From Chiloscyllium plagiosum (lineage: Eukaryota), in contig NC_057745.1 of NCBI RefSeq assembly GCF_004010195.1, positions 6,328,861 through 6,392,860 of the forward strand: a stretch of 64,000 nucleotides of DNA, written 5' to 3'. The notes below the pieces were generated by a model. It worked only from the letters and a program-made list of their open reading frames with translations. It made no database searches and was not told the DNA's origin. Positions 25,440-37,937 of the stretch are shown here, one piece after another. Within the stretch, counting starts at the first letter, position 1; every line of letters starts with the position of its first letter. A program made the position numbers and the translations under genes.

Positions 25440-25900
25440 TCCAGATTTTGCCCCATACCCCTGAACACTATTTCTATCCAAATAGTCATCCAATGCCTCA
25501 GTTGCACCTGCCTCCACTACACTTCCAGGCAGTCCATGCCACACCCCAACTACTCACTGACTGATAAAGCTTTTCTTCACATTACCCTCGCTTCTTTTGC
25601 AGATTACTTTAAATCTATGTCCTCTCATCCGTGTTCCTTTTACAAGTGGGAACAGTTTCTCCCTATCTACCTATCCAGCCTTTTAAATATTATAATTTTG
25701 AAATCATCTATCAGATTTCCTTTTAGCCTTCTTTTCTCTAAAGACAAAAGACTCAACTTCTTTATTCTATTCTATTCAGTGAAATTCCTCACTGTTCTTG
25801 TAAATCACTTCTGCACTCTCTCCAATACATTCACGCCCTTCCTAAAATGTAGTGAACAGAATTGTACATAATACTCCAGCTGAGGTTTAACAGTGTCTTA
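25440..25900 (-). mobile_element. CR1-type LINE fragment
   Basis: Reverse-strand PQLEYYVQF and ..W..LPGSVVEA.. remnants. Confidence 0.65.
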
Positions 25901-26637
25901 TATTATTATTATCCAACCACTTTACATAGATTTCTATATCCTTCTCCCTCAAGTATTTACCTAGCTTCCTCTAAAAAGGATCTATGCAAACAACTGCCTG
26001 AGGAGTGAGTTCCACATTCTCACCACTCTCTGGATTTTCAACTGGATTTACCAATGTCCTATATTTATGATGCCCCTGGTCACCTTCCCTACATTTACTC
26101 TGCCTTTCATGATCTTCGTGAACTCAGTGAGACTGCTCTATTATTTCGAGAGAAAGGAATTCCAAGCTGATTAATCAAAATGCATCACTTTTCTGTTCAC
26201 CCAATTAAACCTGTTTATGCATCTCACCCAGTGTTCTATGTACCATCTTTTATATAATATGGAGACAGAATGTGACCTCTTTGTACATCTCCAGCAGCAC
26301 CATCATGTTTGGCCACATCATATTCCTGTATTGTACATATTTTGGTCAAAATATTGCATTGGAATTGTTCGAACCTTGAGTTTTCCATTTAGTTTGCAAA
26401 CTTATGCATGGAAACCAAGAAACATCACCTCATGAAGGTTCTAATCTGACTCATAATTTTCACTGATCTCTTGTCCAGAACCTTCCTCCATCTCCAACCT
26501 TCTTACAATACTACCTTTTAAAACCAACAGTTGACACCCATAATCCTTCCTGATTTAGTTTGTCTCAGCTGAATTTAGCCTTGGTCACGAGCTAGGCTTT
26601 GAATAGAAACCTCTCAAACCTAGGTCCAAGTTCTTAC

Positions 26638-26863
26638 TGAAATAACTCCACAGAGATCGGTATCCCGTCACCTTTTATTACCAAGTGGAGAGCGCTTGAC
26701 ACTGATCCAGCTCCCTCAGAGCCAGCTCTCAGGGTGTCAGGAAGTCTGACACTCCTGTTCATATTGTCAGCCAAGGCTCCCTCATTGGACCAGATTAACC
26801 GCCCCAATCAGGGAACTCATGTAATATGAGATACACCCCGCTGACTTCATTACAATTATTGCA
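26638..26863 (-). mobile_element. Solo LTR of the same Gypsy family with 5-bp TSD
   Basis: TG...CA ends and homology to 33538-33759. TSD CTTAC at 26633-26637 and 26864-26868. Confidence 0.8.
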
Positions 26864-28412
26864 CTTACATGTTTTGAAATACTTAAGAAACAAAATTCTC
26901 ATCAAATGGTAAATTGCAGCTTCCTCCCCAATTCCTCCTCTTCTGAAGATGCTAAACCACACAGTATGGAAAGAGGCCATTCAGCCCATTGTGCCTGCAG
27001 ATAATGGCTGTGCAGAAACATTGGAAAGAGGAGGAGTAGGCCATTCGCTCCCTCCAGCTTTTCTGCAACTCAATCATGGCTGATCTATCTCAACATCATT
27101 TTCCTGCAGAATCCTCAAATCCCTTGGTGTTGCTAATTCTTGTTGATATTTGTCTATAGTTTTTTTTTCATCTGTGTATAGTTTAACTGAAAGTGGTTAC
27201 TTGCCAGGTTCACATTTGATTGGCTATTGATCATAGCTAAGTCTACTCCAGAAATTTTGGCTAACTCACTGACCATAGGAGGATGGGGTTATCATGATCC
27301 CCACACACAGGAAAGCTCACTGCTTTGCTATCAGAAGCATAAATCTTTACAGCTGTTTTCCTGTCTGAGGATCAGACTGTGACTGGTCTTGCAGAGTTGT
27401 GAGTTTTTCAATGAATGTAAAGACGATTCTCTCAGTAAAATTAATGTGGGTAAAATTGTGAGCAGTCCAAATTTGCAATAAGTTATCAGATTCAAAAACA
27501 AAGGAGCTAAAGGATTGTCCAAGAACTTTGATGAGAAGGCTCAATCTTGAAGGAGAATCTTCACTCAGATGGACCACACATCTTCCCTTTGGGTCAGTGC
27601 CCAGACTCACAATGTTGGTCAGATAAATGATTAAGGCTAAATTTATTGTTACAATCCAGAGATCTTCACTATCATCCTCCCTACAATCTTTTCTCCCCTG
27701 TAAAAGACGTTCAGATTTCTGAAGGAGGAAAATAGAAATTGTTGGGCTATTGGGAAACAGTGAGGTAATGAAATTAACTGATTGCACTCAAAAGCACTAA
27801 CACAGATCTGATGAAATAAATATCGTCTTCCTGCCCTGTGCTATTCTAAACATCTATTCTTCTTGAAGTTCAGATGCTCCCTTCACATCCTTCCTTTCTG
27901 CTGCATTCTCTTTAATGCCAGATCAAGCCTCAAAATGGGATAATGACCAGAAATGTTCAGCATGTTCCATACAGTGATAAATCTACAAGTTCAAAATGAT
28001 TCTTCAGGACCTAAATACCATCCTCTAAAATTTTATTTGTGTTTCTTTTTTTTCTTGGCTTATCCATGGGTGGCTCATATATTTCCAATGATCAAGTCCC
28101 ATTTCAGTGTAACCTTGCTTAGGGCATTAGTTGGGGATTTCTCTCAACCCAAAACCAAAACCTTAAACTTTTTGTTTTCAAGTGCTCTTCATTGCGAAGT
28201 TGGGTAGAGTAACTGTAGATTGGGAGGCAGGAAGTTAGAATTTGGTGTGTGCAAATTTGTGAAAAGCATTGTGTGGTCCCTTTGAAAGATGGTGTTTTTT
28301 TGTGCTGAGAATAAATGGATGTCGGTGAACAGCAGATTGAGTTTGCTAGTACACAGACAACCCTAACTGAACCATTTGTATCGAAATGCCATATTGTACA
28401 GCCATGGACTGC

Positions 28413-29595
28413 AGTTGAGAAGTGTGGTGCTAGAAAGGCACAGAGGTCAGGCAGCATCCGAGCAGCAGGAGAACTGATGTTTTGGGCATAAGCCCTTCCT
28501 CAAGAATGTGGGGGAGGGAGGGGGAAAGGGACTGAGAGATAAATAGGAGGGTGGGAATGGGGCTAGGGGAAGTAGCTGGGAAGGCGATAGATAGATGCAG
28601 GTAAGGGATGATGGTGGTAGGTTGGAGGGATGGGTGGAACGGATAGGTGGGAAAGAAGATGGACAGATTGGACAGTTTCAAGTGGGTGGTGCCGAGTTGG
28701 AAGGTTGGATCTGGGATGAAGTGGGGGGAGGGGAGATGAGGAAACTGTTGAAATCAATGTTGATGCTGTGTGGCTGGAGGGTCCCAAGATGGAAGATGAG
28801 GCATTCTTTCTCCAGGTGTCAGGTGGCCTGGATTTGGAGGTGGAAGATGCCCAGGACTTGAAGGTCCTCAGTGGAGTGGGAGGAGTAGTTAAAGTGGTCA
28901 GCCAGAGGACAGTGGGGCGGTTTGGTGTTGTGTCCCAGAGATGCTCCCTGAAATGTTTCGCGAGCTGGCATCCTGTCTCCCCAATGTAGAGGGGATCACA
29001 TTGAGAGCAACGCACACAGTAGATAAGGTGTTTGGAAGTGCAGGAAAATCTCTGCTAGATGTGGAAGGATTCTTTGGGTTCTTGGATGGACATGAGGGGG
29101 AAGGTGTGAGTGCAGGTTTTACACCTCTTGCACTGGCAAGTGAAGGTGAGTGGAGGGTGGATTGGTGGAGGGCCGTGGCCCTAACGAGGGAGTGTCGGAG
29201 GGTATAGTCTCTGTGGAGGTGGGCAGGGAAATATATCCACTGATAGGGGTGGGGAGGGAAATATATCTCTGGTGTAAATAGCCAAAATGGTGGAGGACAA
29301 TGCGCTGAATCCAGAGATTAGTGGGATGGAAAGTGAGGACCCGGGGGTTCTATCCTTGTTGCAGTTGGAGAGGTGGGGTTCAAGGGTGGGGGTGCAGGAA
29401 GTGGAGGAGATGTGCTGGAGGGCATCATCGACCACATGGGTAGGGAAATATGAGGCCCTCTGGGGTGTCCTGGAGTGAAATTGGGAGCAGAAACAGTGGA
29501 AATGGAGGAATTGGGAGTAAGGGATAACGCTTTTAAAGGAGAGGGGTGGGAGGAGTTGTAGTCCAGGTAGCTGTGGGAGTCAGTGGGTTTGAAGT
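28413..29595 (-). mobile_element. Degenerate Penelope-like element in an ISG20 intron
   Basis: FKPTDSHSYLDY and RCSQCDPLYIGETG..LAKHFREH in shifted frames. Same terminal repeat as the other copies. Confidence 0.88.
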
Positions 29596-29776
29596 AGCAG
29601 CTACCTACCACCCCCGCTCTTGTAAAACCATGATCGCTTCCTCCCAATTCCTGCACCTCTGCCGCATCCGCTCCCAGGAGGAGCAACTCCAGCCTAGAAC
29701 ATCCCAGACGGCAATCTATTTCACCAATTTCCACACCCTTTTGACAGATTGTATGGTCAGACGCACCTCTTTGGGT

Positions 29777-29943
29777 GTTTCAGTTTTAATTTTCAGAGAG
29801 GGATCAACCTCTGCTTTGTAACACCACCGTAGTGTTGTCAGTTTCACATCAGCCTGTGAGTTTCGTTTCCTCAAAACCAATTAAAAACACACCTTACAAC
29901 AAATTACATGGTTACTCACTCAGTGAAACTGAAATTGAAACTG
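29777..29943. promoter_or_regulatory. Intronic ISRE/IRF-element cluster in ISG20
   Basis: AGTTTCGTTTCC at 29859-29870. GAAACTGAAATTGAAACT at 29925-29942. Partial sites AGTTTCAC at 29840 and TTTCAGTTTT at 29778. Confidence 0.6.
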
Positions 29944-30737
29944 TGTGATGTGTCACTGGCAAGGCCAGCATTTGTTGCCCACCCCAATGGCCTTGAGAAG
30001 ATAATGGCATTTGTCTTGTATTACCATGCATTTTGACACTGATCGTGTCTCACTCACTTGCATTTGTCCTCAGTAAACAACAATTGTTTTGCTAACCCAA
30101 TCCTCTGGCTTGTACTTTGCCCTCTCAGTTTGATCGACTTGTTGCCCATTATTTGAGGGGGCTTCCTCTCCTCAGTTTTATATCATTAGCAAACTTTTAA
30201 AAAATCACGGCTCCTCTTCCAATTTACAAATCAATTCTCAACATCTTCAATACCATAAGCTTTTAAAACCCAAACCTGTTACCACTTAGCTCTTTTAACC
30301 TCTACAATGTCAGTGAACATTTCACAATTGAAATGTCTTTATAGAATCACAGAATGCCTACAGTGTGGAAATAGGCCATTTGGCCCATTGAGTCCACACC
30401 GGCCCTTCAAAGAGCATCCTACCCAGACCTACCCCCTCTGCCCTAGTCCTATATCCCCACATTTCCAATGGCTAACCCACTTGGACACAATGGGCAATTT
30501 AGTATGGCCAACTAACCCGCATACCTTTAGACTGAGGGAGGAAATCCACACAGACATGAGGAGCAGTTCTAAACTCTGAACCACTATGCTGTCCTCACTA
30601 CATCTCTCAGTTAAATGGATCCTAGTTACTCTTTTGTTTAGAGACAATTCCCTGTAAGAAAGGGCGCTACAAGCAGAGAGTGAATTACAACATCTTTACA
30701 AGTATATTGTTTACATTGGCAATAATGCAAAGCCTAC

Positions 30738-30968
30738 CTCCTCCCTGGCGATAGGATACGGCAAAGCTGTATCCATATCTAATGGACGAATCCCACTCAC
30801 AGGGGTCCTGAAATCAGTTATCTTCCCATCTGGCTTAATAAATTTGTCGTAGATCACATTCCCACTGTAATCCACAATGCTGCACCGTGCCAGGCCACTC
30901 TCAAAGCCATTGGGTCCAAGTCCCACCATCTCGCAATCAATGGCAACGTACTTTGAGGAATCGATCAT
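30738..30968 (-). CDS. ISG20: ISG20-like 3'-5' exonuclease, first coding exon (Exo I)
   Basis: Translates [32 protein letters not shown]...YDKFIKPDGKITDFRT.VSG. The very short N-terminus and the VGLGP..ESGLARCS motif are ISG20-type. GAG|GTAGG donor. An acceptor TTTTGTTTTCAG| at 31015-31016 implies 5' UTR at 30969-31014. Confidence 0.9.
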
Positions 30969-33537
30969 TTTTCAATCCCTCAAGACACAGCTCTCTTCTG
31001 CAAACTGTGTCCAACTGAAAACAAAACAGCAGCTTTATCTTCCTCTTTTAAACAATTCCTCATCCGCCTAGTCAAGTTCGAGGGCGTCACCTTTGTATTG
31101 GATACCGGCCTGGAGCCAAAACACAAACAAAAACACAATTTCAACAGAGGAACTTTAAACAATGTGTCACTATTTCCTGCTCTGTGAAATGACAGCATGA
31201 CACTGCATCAGCAACAGAGCTGAAGTACACTTACACCTCAACACTGCTCACGGTTACACTGCTGGTTTATTTGTTTATCTTTCTGATGGTTTTCCATGGC
31301 ATGATCATGCACTAAGTCTTCTTTTTCAAAAATATTTGGTTTTATTTTAATGCAGAGGCCTAGGGTGTAATCTTTTCCTGGAAAGCTGCCACCCAAATGC
31401 CCAATCAATTAGTGACACACTCACAGGGAACGCAAGAGACAATCGAAATAAGATATGTTTTAGGCATAATTTTCCTGAGCAGGATGGGATTTTGACAAAG
31501 GGTCCCATTGCCCTGTCAGAAAATCCTATCTTACTGGCTGCAAGTACCAGTGGGCCTACTTTGCATTTCAGCATTGTCAATTTTTGTTTCAGTCCATAGT
31601 TTCTTCCCTTTTCAAACCCCATTGTCTTAATACCTTTATAGCTTGTTTGCTTTTTTTCTGATTATACATGGTTGACATACTGTTCCCTTGACATCTCATT
31701 AGTTTAATGCACCACATGGTACTGCTGCTGAGTCATGCCAACCAGAGAGCACAAGTCAGATTGTGGGCTTCTGTCCCAAGTCTGTGCTGAGCTCCGGTGA
31801 CTGAGGGAAACCAGGGCAACAGAGGATAACCCTAAACTTAGAACTGTAACATTCAGGGGTGATATCAGGAAGTACTTTTTGACACTAAAGCTGTTGGAAA
31901 TCTGGATCTCACTGTCCCATGAAGCTGTTGCGATCTGGGCATCAATTGGAAATTTTAAAACTTTTTTTTTGTGAGGCAAAGGACTTAAGGATTACAGAAC
32001 AAACTGGGTAGATGGAGTTACGAGACATACCAGAGCCAAAATATAGTTGAGTGGTAGAAAAGGCTTGATGGGTTAAATGGCCTCATCCTCTCCCCATTTT
32101 CCTAACTTCCCATGTTCCTATGACGTAGCACATCTCAGCTAATAGTGAGGAACAACATAATTGGGTTTAATGTCACAAATCCATTGCTTGAGGGGAGAGG
32201 GCTTGCAGGCTTAATCAGTTGAGCTTCCTCTTCCTCTGCCCCCAGCTATCTCTCTGCTGGTATTCAAGAAGTTGAACATTTCATCCTCCATACATGAACA
32301 AATCACTACAACCTACTCAAATAGGTCCTGCTCCCAATCTCTTATCCATTATTCATTGTCACCACAGATTCTCCAATAGTTCTCAGAAGCAACTGTCTGA
32401 TCCTTATACTGGCATTCTGAACTGAATTACATATCTTATTACGTTAGCCCTCCTTGTTAGTTGCAATTTGGTTAAAACTAGATATATAAATAGCTTATCG
32501 ATTTGTACAGTCTTTCCACATTTGTTTTACAGGTGCTTCTTTGCGATCTGTAGAATCACCATGCAGCCTGATTCTGATTGGACAAGTAAAATGTAAACAA
32601 AACTTTGGTAGTTAATTCTCAGTCATCACCTCACTGGCACATTCTCCATGGCAACACCTTTAGCAATCAGAGTTCATTTGTCAATCAATCAAGACACATT
32701 CCTAATGTAGTCTCAAAATATTGTTTCCCTTTATATTGATATTTCTTGTGATTTCTCGTCCTGATGAAAGCAAGACAAAAAGCTTCAGAAAAAATATTTT
32801 CTTCTGTGGTACTGCACAAGAACTGTCATATTAGGATGCCCTGATCACATTGCTATGCTTGACCAATGGGCAAATATTGCTTCCAGTCTTTGTTTGAGAA
32901 GTCACTCAGTCCTGTTGTACAGTTTCAGAGTAGAGACTATAATTCAATGGGTTTGAGGTGTAGGATGACTACAGTTTTAACATACCAGACAGTTAAAGCT
33001 TTGTCTCATCTTTACAAACAGAGGAGTACAGCAGTGATCAAGGGCACTGTCTGAACAGCTCTCTTCACAGCTAGGCAGAAGTGGGTACTGCAGATGCTGG
33101 ATTTAGAGTGGTGCTGGAAAAGCACAGCAAGTCAGGCAGCATCCGAGGAGCAGGAGAATCGTGCTTTGAGCAAAAGCCCTTCATCAGTAATTCCCTTCAT
33201 AGCTATCACATGTATAATCGTAAAAAGATAAATCATGCAGTTGGCAAATGTATTTTGAAGCTGTACCTCTGTGAAAGAAATGTTCTCAAATCTAAGAAAC
33301 ATGGTACTTTGGGGTTTGTGAAAAATATCCATGACTTCAGATCATTTTAATCCATCATTGGTACTGAACCAAGTGAATTACCCTGGCATTTGCATTAACC
33401 AACACAGATAAGACAGGAAAAGGAAACTACTATTTGAAAATTTTAATAGAAAATTGAATCAGGGTAACACTCCCAGTACTCAACCATACGGTACCATTGG
33501 AATTTTTTACATTCACCTGACAGAGGAGACAGGGCAT

Positions 33538-34990
33538 TGAAATAACTGTACAGGGGCCAGTATTTCGTCACCAAGTCACCCTTTACTTACTCGTGCAGAG
33601 TCCTTGACACTGGATTGGCTTCCTCAGAGTCAGCTCGCAGAGTGAACAGAACCTCTGACACTCCTATTTATATCTGTCAGCCAGGGCTCCCTCACTGAAC
33701 CAATCAGGAAACTCATATTCTCTGAGGTCCACTTGGCTGATCTCGTTACAATCACTACATACCTGCTCCTCTAAGTCTGGGACCCAGGCCTATTCTTTTC
33801 CTGTAGCTTCTCCTGGAGCATTTTTGCACCGGGTCCAGCTCCTCTGTCTCATCCTCAGAAACGGGCAGCGGGTACCAGGCCCTTACATCTGGAGTGTGTC
33901 AGAAGAAATTCATCCTCTTCTTCAAATGGTAAAGGCGTGAGGCTGCAACATCCGTTGTGTCCATCTCGGACTGCAAGTTTTCTTCAACACCAGATGGAAG
34001 GGGAGACCGCATGAATGGGGATGGCCCAACACAAGATCTGTCTAAGTGAGAGCCTTTTTGGCTGTTCTGACAGGCCTGGTAATGTTTGGATCCTACCTCA
34101 TTTGTGAGTTTGCAGTTTTTATGTGGTCCATGTGCTTGTTCAGGACTGCCTCACCGACCCGAACATTGTACCTGACCCTGCAGCGACCACGCCCTGGTTT
34201 TGGCACCAAACCTCATCCCCTGAAGTATACTGTCTCTCTTACTTAGACAGATCTTGTGTTGGGCCGTGGTGGTCTTGATGCCGTTTCACCCTCCCCCCAC
34301 CCCAGGTCTGGAAAGATAAGATATAACTTGGTGCAGAGTCTTTTCCCCATTCACAACTGCTGGAGCTGTCCCTATAGTTGTGTGAAGGGTTGTCATATAA
34401 TCAATCAGGAACAGAGACAGTTTGGTGTCTGGTGAAGCTGTAAGCTGTTTCTTTAAGCCTGCTTTCAAAGTTTGGACTGTTCTTTCCTCCAGACCATTGG
34501 ATGGTGGATGGTATGGAGCCATCTTTATATGATGGATACCATTTGACTTTAGGAAATACTCAAATTCCCTGCTGGTAAACAATGACCCATTATCTGTGAC
34601 CAACACTTCCAGGAGCCCGTGTATTGCAAAGGACATGTGCAGTTTTTCTATTTTCATCCCCGTGTTTTGTGAATGAACGTTATATACATCCAGCCACTTT
34701 GCATGGGCATCCACAATGATCAAGAACATTGAGCCCATGAAAGGATCTGCATAGTTGACATGTAACTGAGTCCAGGGTTTACTTGGCCATTCCCACAAAT
34801 ATGGAGGAGCTACTGCGATAATCTTTGTCCTTATTGGAACTCTGGGCACTTCCCCAGAAATGCAGCTATGCAGCTATCCAAACCTGGCCACCAGACATAA
34901 CATCTCACCAACATCTTCATTTTGGACACCCCTGCATGACCCTAGTGGAGTTCGGCCTGTTTCTGTGGTGATCTTTGCTTGGCACCGGAA
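33538..34990 (-). mobile_element. Gypsy-type LTR retrotransposon remnant: integrase, PPT and 3' LTR (33538-33759)
   Basis: ORF 34286-34849 gives WEWP.KPW..LHVN(D)Y...VDAHAKW...VTDNG..FTS.EF..FL..NGI.H...APYHP.SNG..ER.VQT.K, an rve integrase with the first catalytic D changed to N. The purine tract AGAGGAGCAGGTA directly precedes a TG...CA LTR. Confidence 0.85.
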
Positions 34991-35009
34991 AAGACAACAG
35001 TCGAAACAG

Positions 35010-36292
35010 TCCTGTCAACCCTGCAAAGTCCTCCTCACTAACATCTAGGGGCTAGTTCCAAAATTGGCACTATCAGAGTCATGGAATCATACCTTACAGA
35101 CAATGTCTCAGGTACCACCATCACCATCTCTGATATGTCCTGTCGCACTGGTAGGACAGACCCAGCAGAGATGGCGGCACAGTGGATACATTCAGGAGGG
35201 AGTTGCTCTGGGAGTCCTCAACATTGACTCTTGACCCCATAAAGTCTTGTGGCATCAGGTCAAACATGGGTAAGGAAACCTCCTGCTGATCATCACATAC
35301 TGTTCTCCCATGCCTAATGAATCAGTACTCCTCCATGCTGGACAACACTTGGAGGAAGCACTGAGGATGGCAAAGGCATGAAATGTACTCTGGCTGGGGG
35401 ATTCAATGTCCACCACCAAGAGTGGCTCAGTGGCAGTCCTACAGCTTGAGCTGGTCAGGACCTGAAAGACATAATTGCTAGCCTGGGTCTGCAGCAGGTG
35501 GTGAGGGAACCAAAAGGGAAAACATATTTGATCTCATCCTTACCAATATCCAGCTACAGATGGAAATGTCCATGACAATATTGGTAAGAGCGACCACTAA
35601 TCAGTCTTTGTGGAGATGAAGTCCCACCTTCACACTCAGATTACCCTCCCATTGTGTGGCACTATCACCGTGCTAAATGGGGCAGACTTCAAACAGATCT
35701 AGCAACTCAAGACTGGACATCCATGAGGCGCTGTGGGCCATCAACAGCAGCAGAATTGTACTCCAACACAATCTGTGGCCTCCTGGCCTGACATATCCCC
35801 CACTCAACCATTACCATCAAGCCAGGGGATCAACCCTGGTCAATGGAGATTGCAGGAGGCCATGCCAGAAGCAGCGCCAGGCACACCAGAAGATGAGGTG
35901 TCAACCTGGTGAAGTCACCAAACAGGACTACTTGCATGCCAAACAGGGCTACTAAGCAGCAACTGGTAGACAGATCTGAGATTTGCAGTCCTGCCGCATC
36001 CAGTCGTAAATAGTGGTGGACAATTAAACAACTCACTGGAAGAGGACGGTCCACAAATACCCCCCTCCTCAATGATGGAAGAACCCAGCACACCAGTGCA
36101 AAAGATAAGGCTAAAGCATTCGCAGCAATCTTCAGCCAGAAGTGCCAAGTGGATGATCCATCTCAGCCTCCTCCAGTGGTCCCAGCGTTACAGATACCAG
36201 TCTTCAGCCAATTCGATTCACTCCATGTAAAATCACGAAACGGTGGAGGCACTGGATACTGCAAAGACTCCGGGCCCTGACAACAATCCGGC
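35010..36292 (+). mobile_element. Decayed non-LTR retrotransposon ORF2 fragment (APE endonuclease to RT start)
   Basis: Broken-frame motifs (G)DFNVHHQEW, DLILTN, SDH and K..GPDN.P, with many stops and frameshifts. Confidence 0.75.
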
Positions 36293-36350
36293 AATCAGGC
36301 AAATCATATTCTATCAGGTCCACCTGGCTGACCACGTTACAATCACTTCA
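36293..36350 (-). mobile_element. 5' tip of the upstream LTR of the same Gypsy element
   Basis: Homologous to 33702-33759 (CAATCAGG.AA.TCATATTCT...AGGTCCAC.TGGCTGA..CGTTACAATCACT.CA). Confidence 0.7.
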
Positions 36351-37709
36351 AGTGTAACATCTCATTCTAAAGAAACATGCTTGATGTATTACTGAGCTGA
36401 TTGTTTCTTGTCCAAGTAACTCAATGGTTCTCACAGATGTTACTGTAATGCAAAGGTAGAAAGATTGCAGTAGGTTGATAAACCAGATATATAGTTTTGA
36501 CCATACTGCAGCAGGCAAGGAGGTCAAACATGTAATTCTGATTCTAATCTATGGATCAGGCAGTTGCTTCTGAGGTTATGAACAGGCAAACTTGATTTAA
36601 GAGTAAACTGTGTGAAGAAATAACACTTTTGTTCACAATGTTTGTTCTATGTGTGACCCATTCTTTCAATTTTAGCCTCTGAGCAATCTAAAACATTTAC
36701 TCCATGTTCCAGCCCTACATAAACGTGATTGCTGCAGAATAGACAATCAATGTTTGGATGATCAACATTTCTAATTGCAATTTTATTATAATGCATATAA
36801 TGTTTGCCATGGGTTACTTATGACACTATACAGGTGTAGAACTGGTCAAACTATGAATGTGAACAAAAATAATGAAACAGGCAGGAGAGACAGAGGGTTT
36901 GGTTATGGTGTGATCACAGAATCATTATGGTACAGGAGGCCATTTGGCCCATCTTGTGTACACTGGCTCTCTAACAAGCATTCACTTTATGCCATTCCCC
37001 TGCCTCCTCTCTGTTATCCTCTACATTCTTCCTTTTCAGATAACAGTCTAACTCCCTTTTGAATGTATTATTTGAATCTTACTCCACCACACTCACAGGC
37101 AATGCATTCTAGATCTTTATCATTCATAAGAACATAGAAGCAGGAGTTAAGTAATTTGCCTGTCCATCCTGCTCAGCCACTCAATACCATAATGGCTCAT
37201 CCTGCACTTTAATGTTTTTCTCCCCACACTATCTCCATATCTTTTTAAAAGCACTGGTATTTAGAAATCTATTAATCTTTATTTTAAACTTAATCAAAGA
37301 CAAAGCTTTCACTGCTTTCTTGAGTAGAGGACTCAAGATTCACAATCCTCTGAACAAAAAGAATTCTCCTCATCCTGGTTCCACGTGATTTCCCCTTATT
37401 TTGAAATTGTGGCCCATAGTTCTAGACTCCCCAACCAGGGGAAATGTCTTACCTGTATCGGCCCTGTCTATCCCTTTAGGCATGTTGCAGGTGGATGTAT
37501 GGATTATAGTTTTGATGGTCAAGGAGAGGTGGAGTTGGAGATGAATGAGAAGATCATGTGGGGGTGTCATGGTGACATTGAGTTGAGAGTGGAGCCAAAC
37601 AAGGATCTTCAACTCTGAGCTAAGCAAATATGAAAAGGTCAGAATGTATCTCCATTTAATATCTGTACAAATTGTACTCAATAGAATGAAAGTACAAGGC
37701 CAATGACAA

Positions 37710-37937
37710 TAGACAATAGGTGCAGGAGTAGGCCATTCTGCCCTTCGAGTCTGCACCACCATTCAATATTTTCATGGCTGATCATCCTTAATCAGTATCC
37801 TGTTCCTGCCTTATCTCCATAACCCTTGATTCCACTATCCTTGAGAGCTCTATCCAACTCTTTCTTAAATGAATCCAGAGACTGGGCCTGCACTGCCCTC
37901 TGGGGCAGAGCATTCCACACAGCCACCACTCTCTGGG
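37710..37937 (-). mobile_element. CR1-type LINE 3' end
   Basis: QRVVAVWNALPQRAV.AQSLDSFKKELDRAL...GIKGYG.KAG.GY, and a tail with a CTATTGT repeat. Confidence 0.85.
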
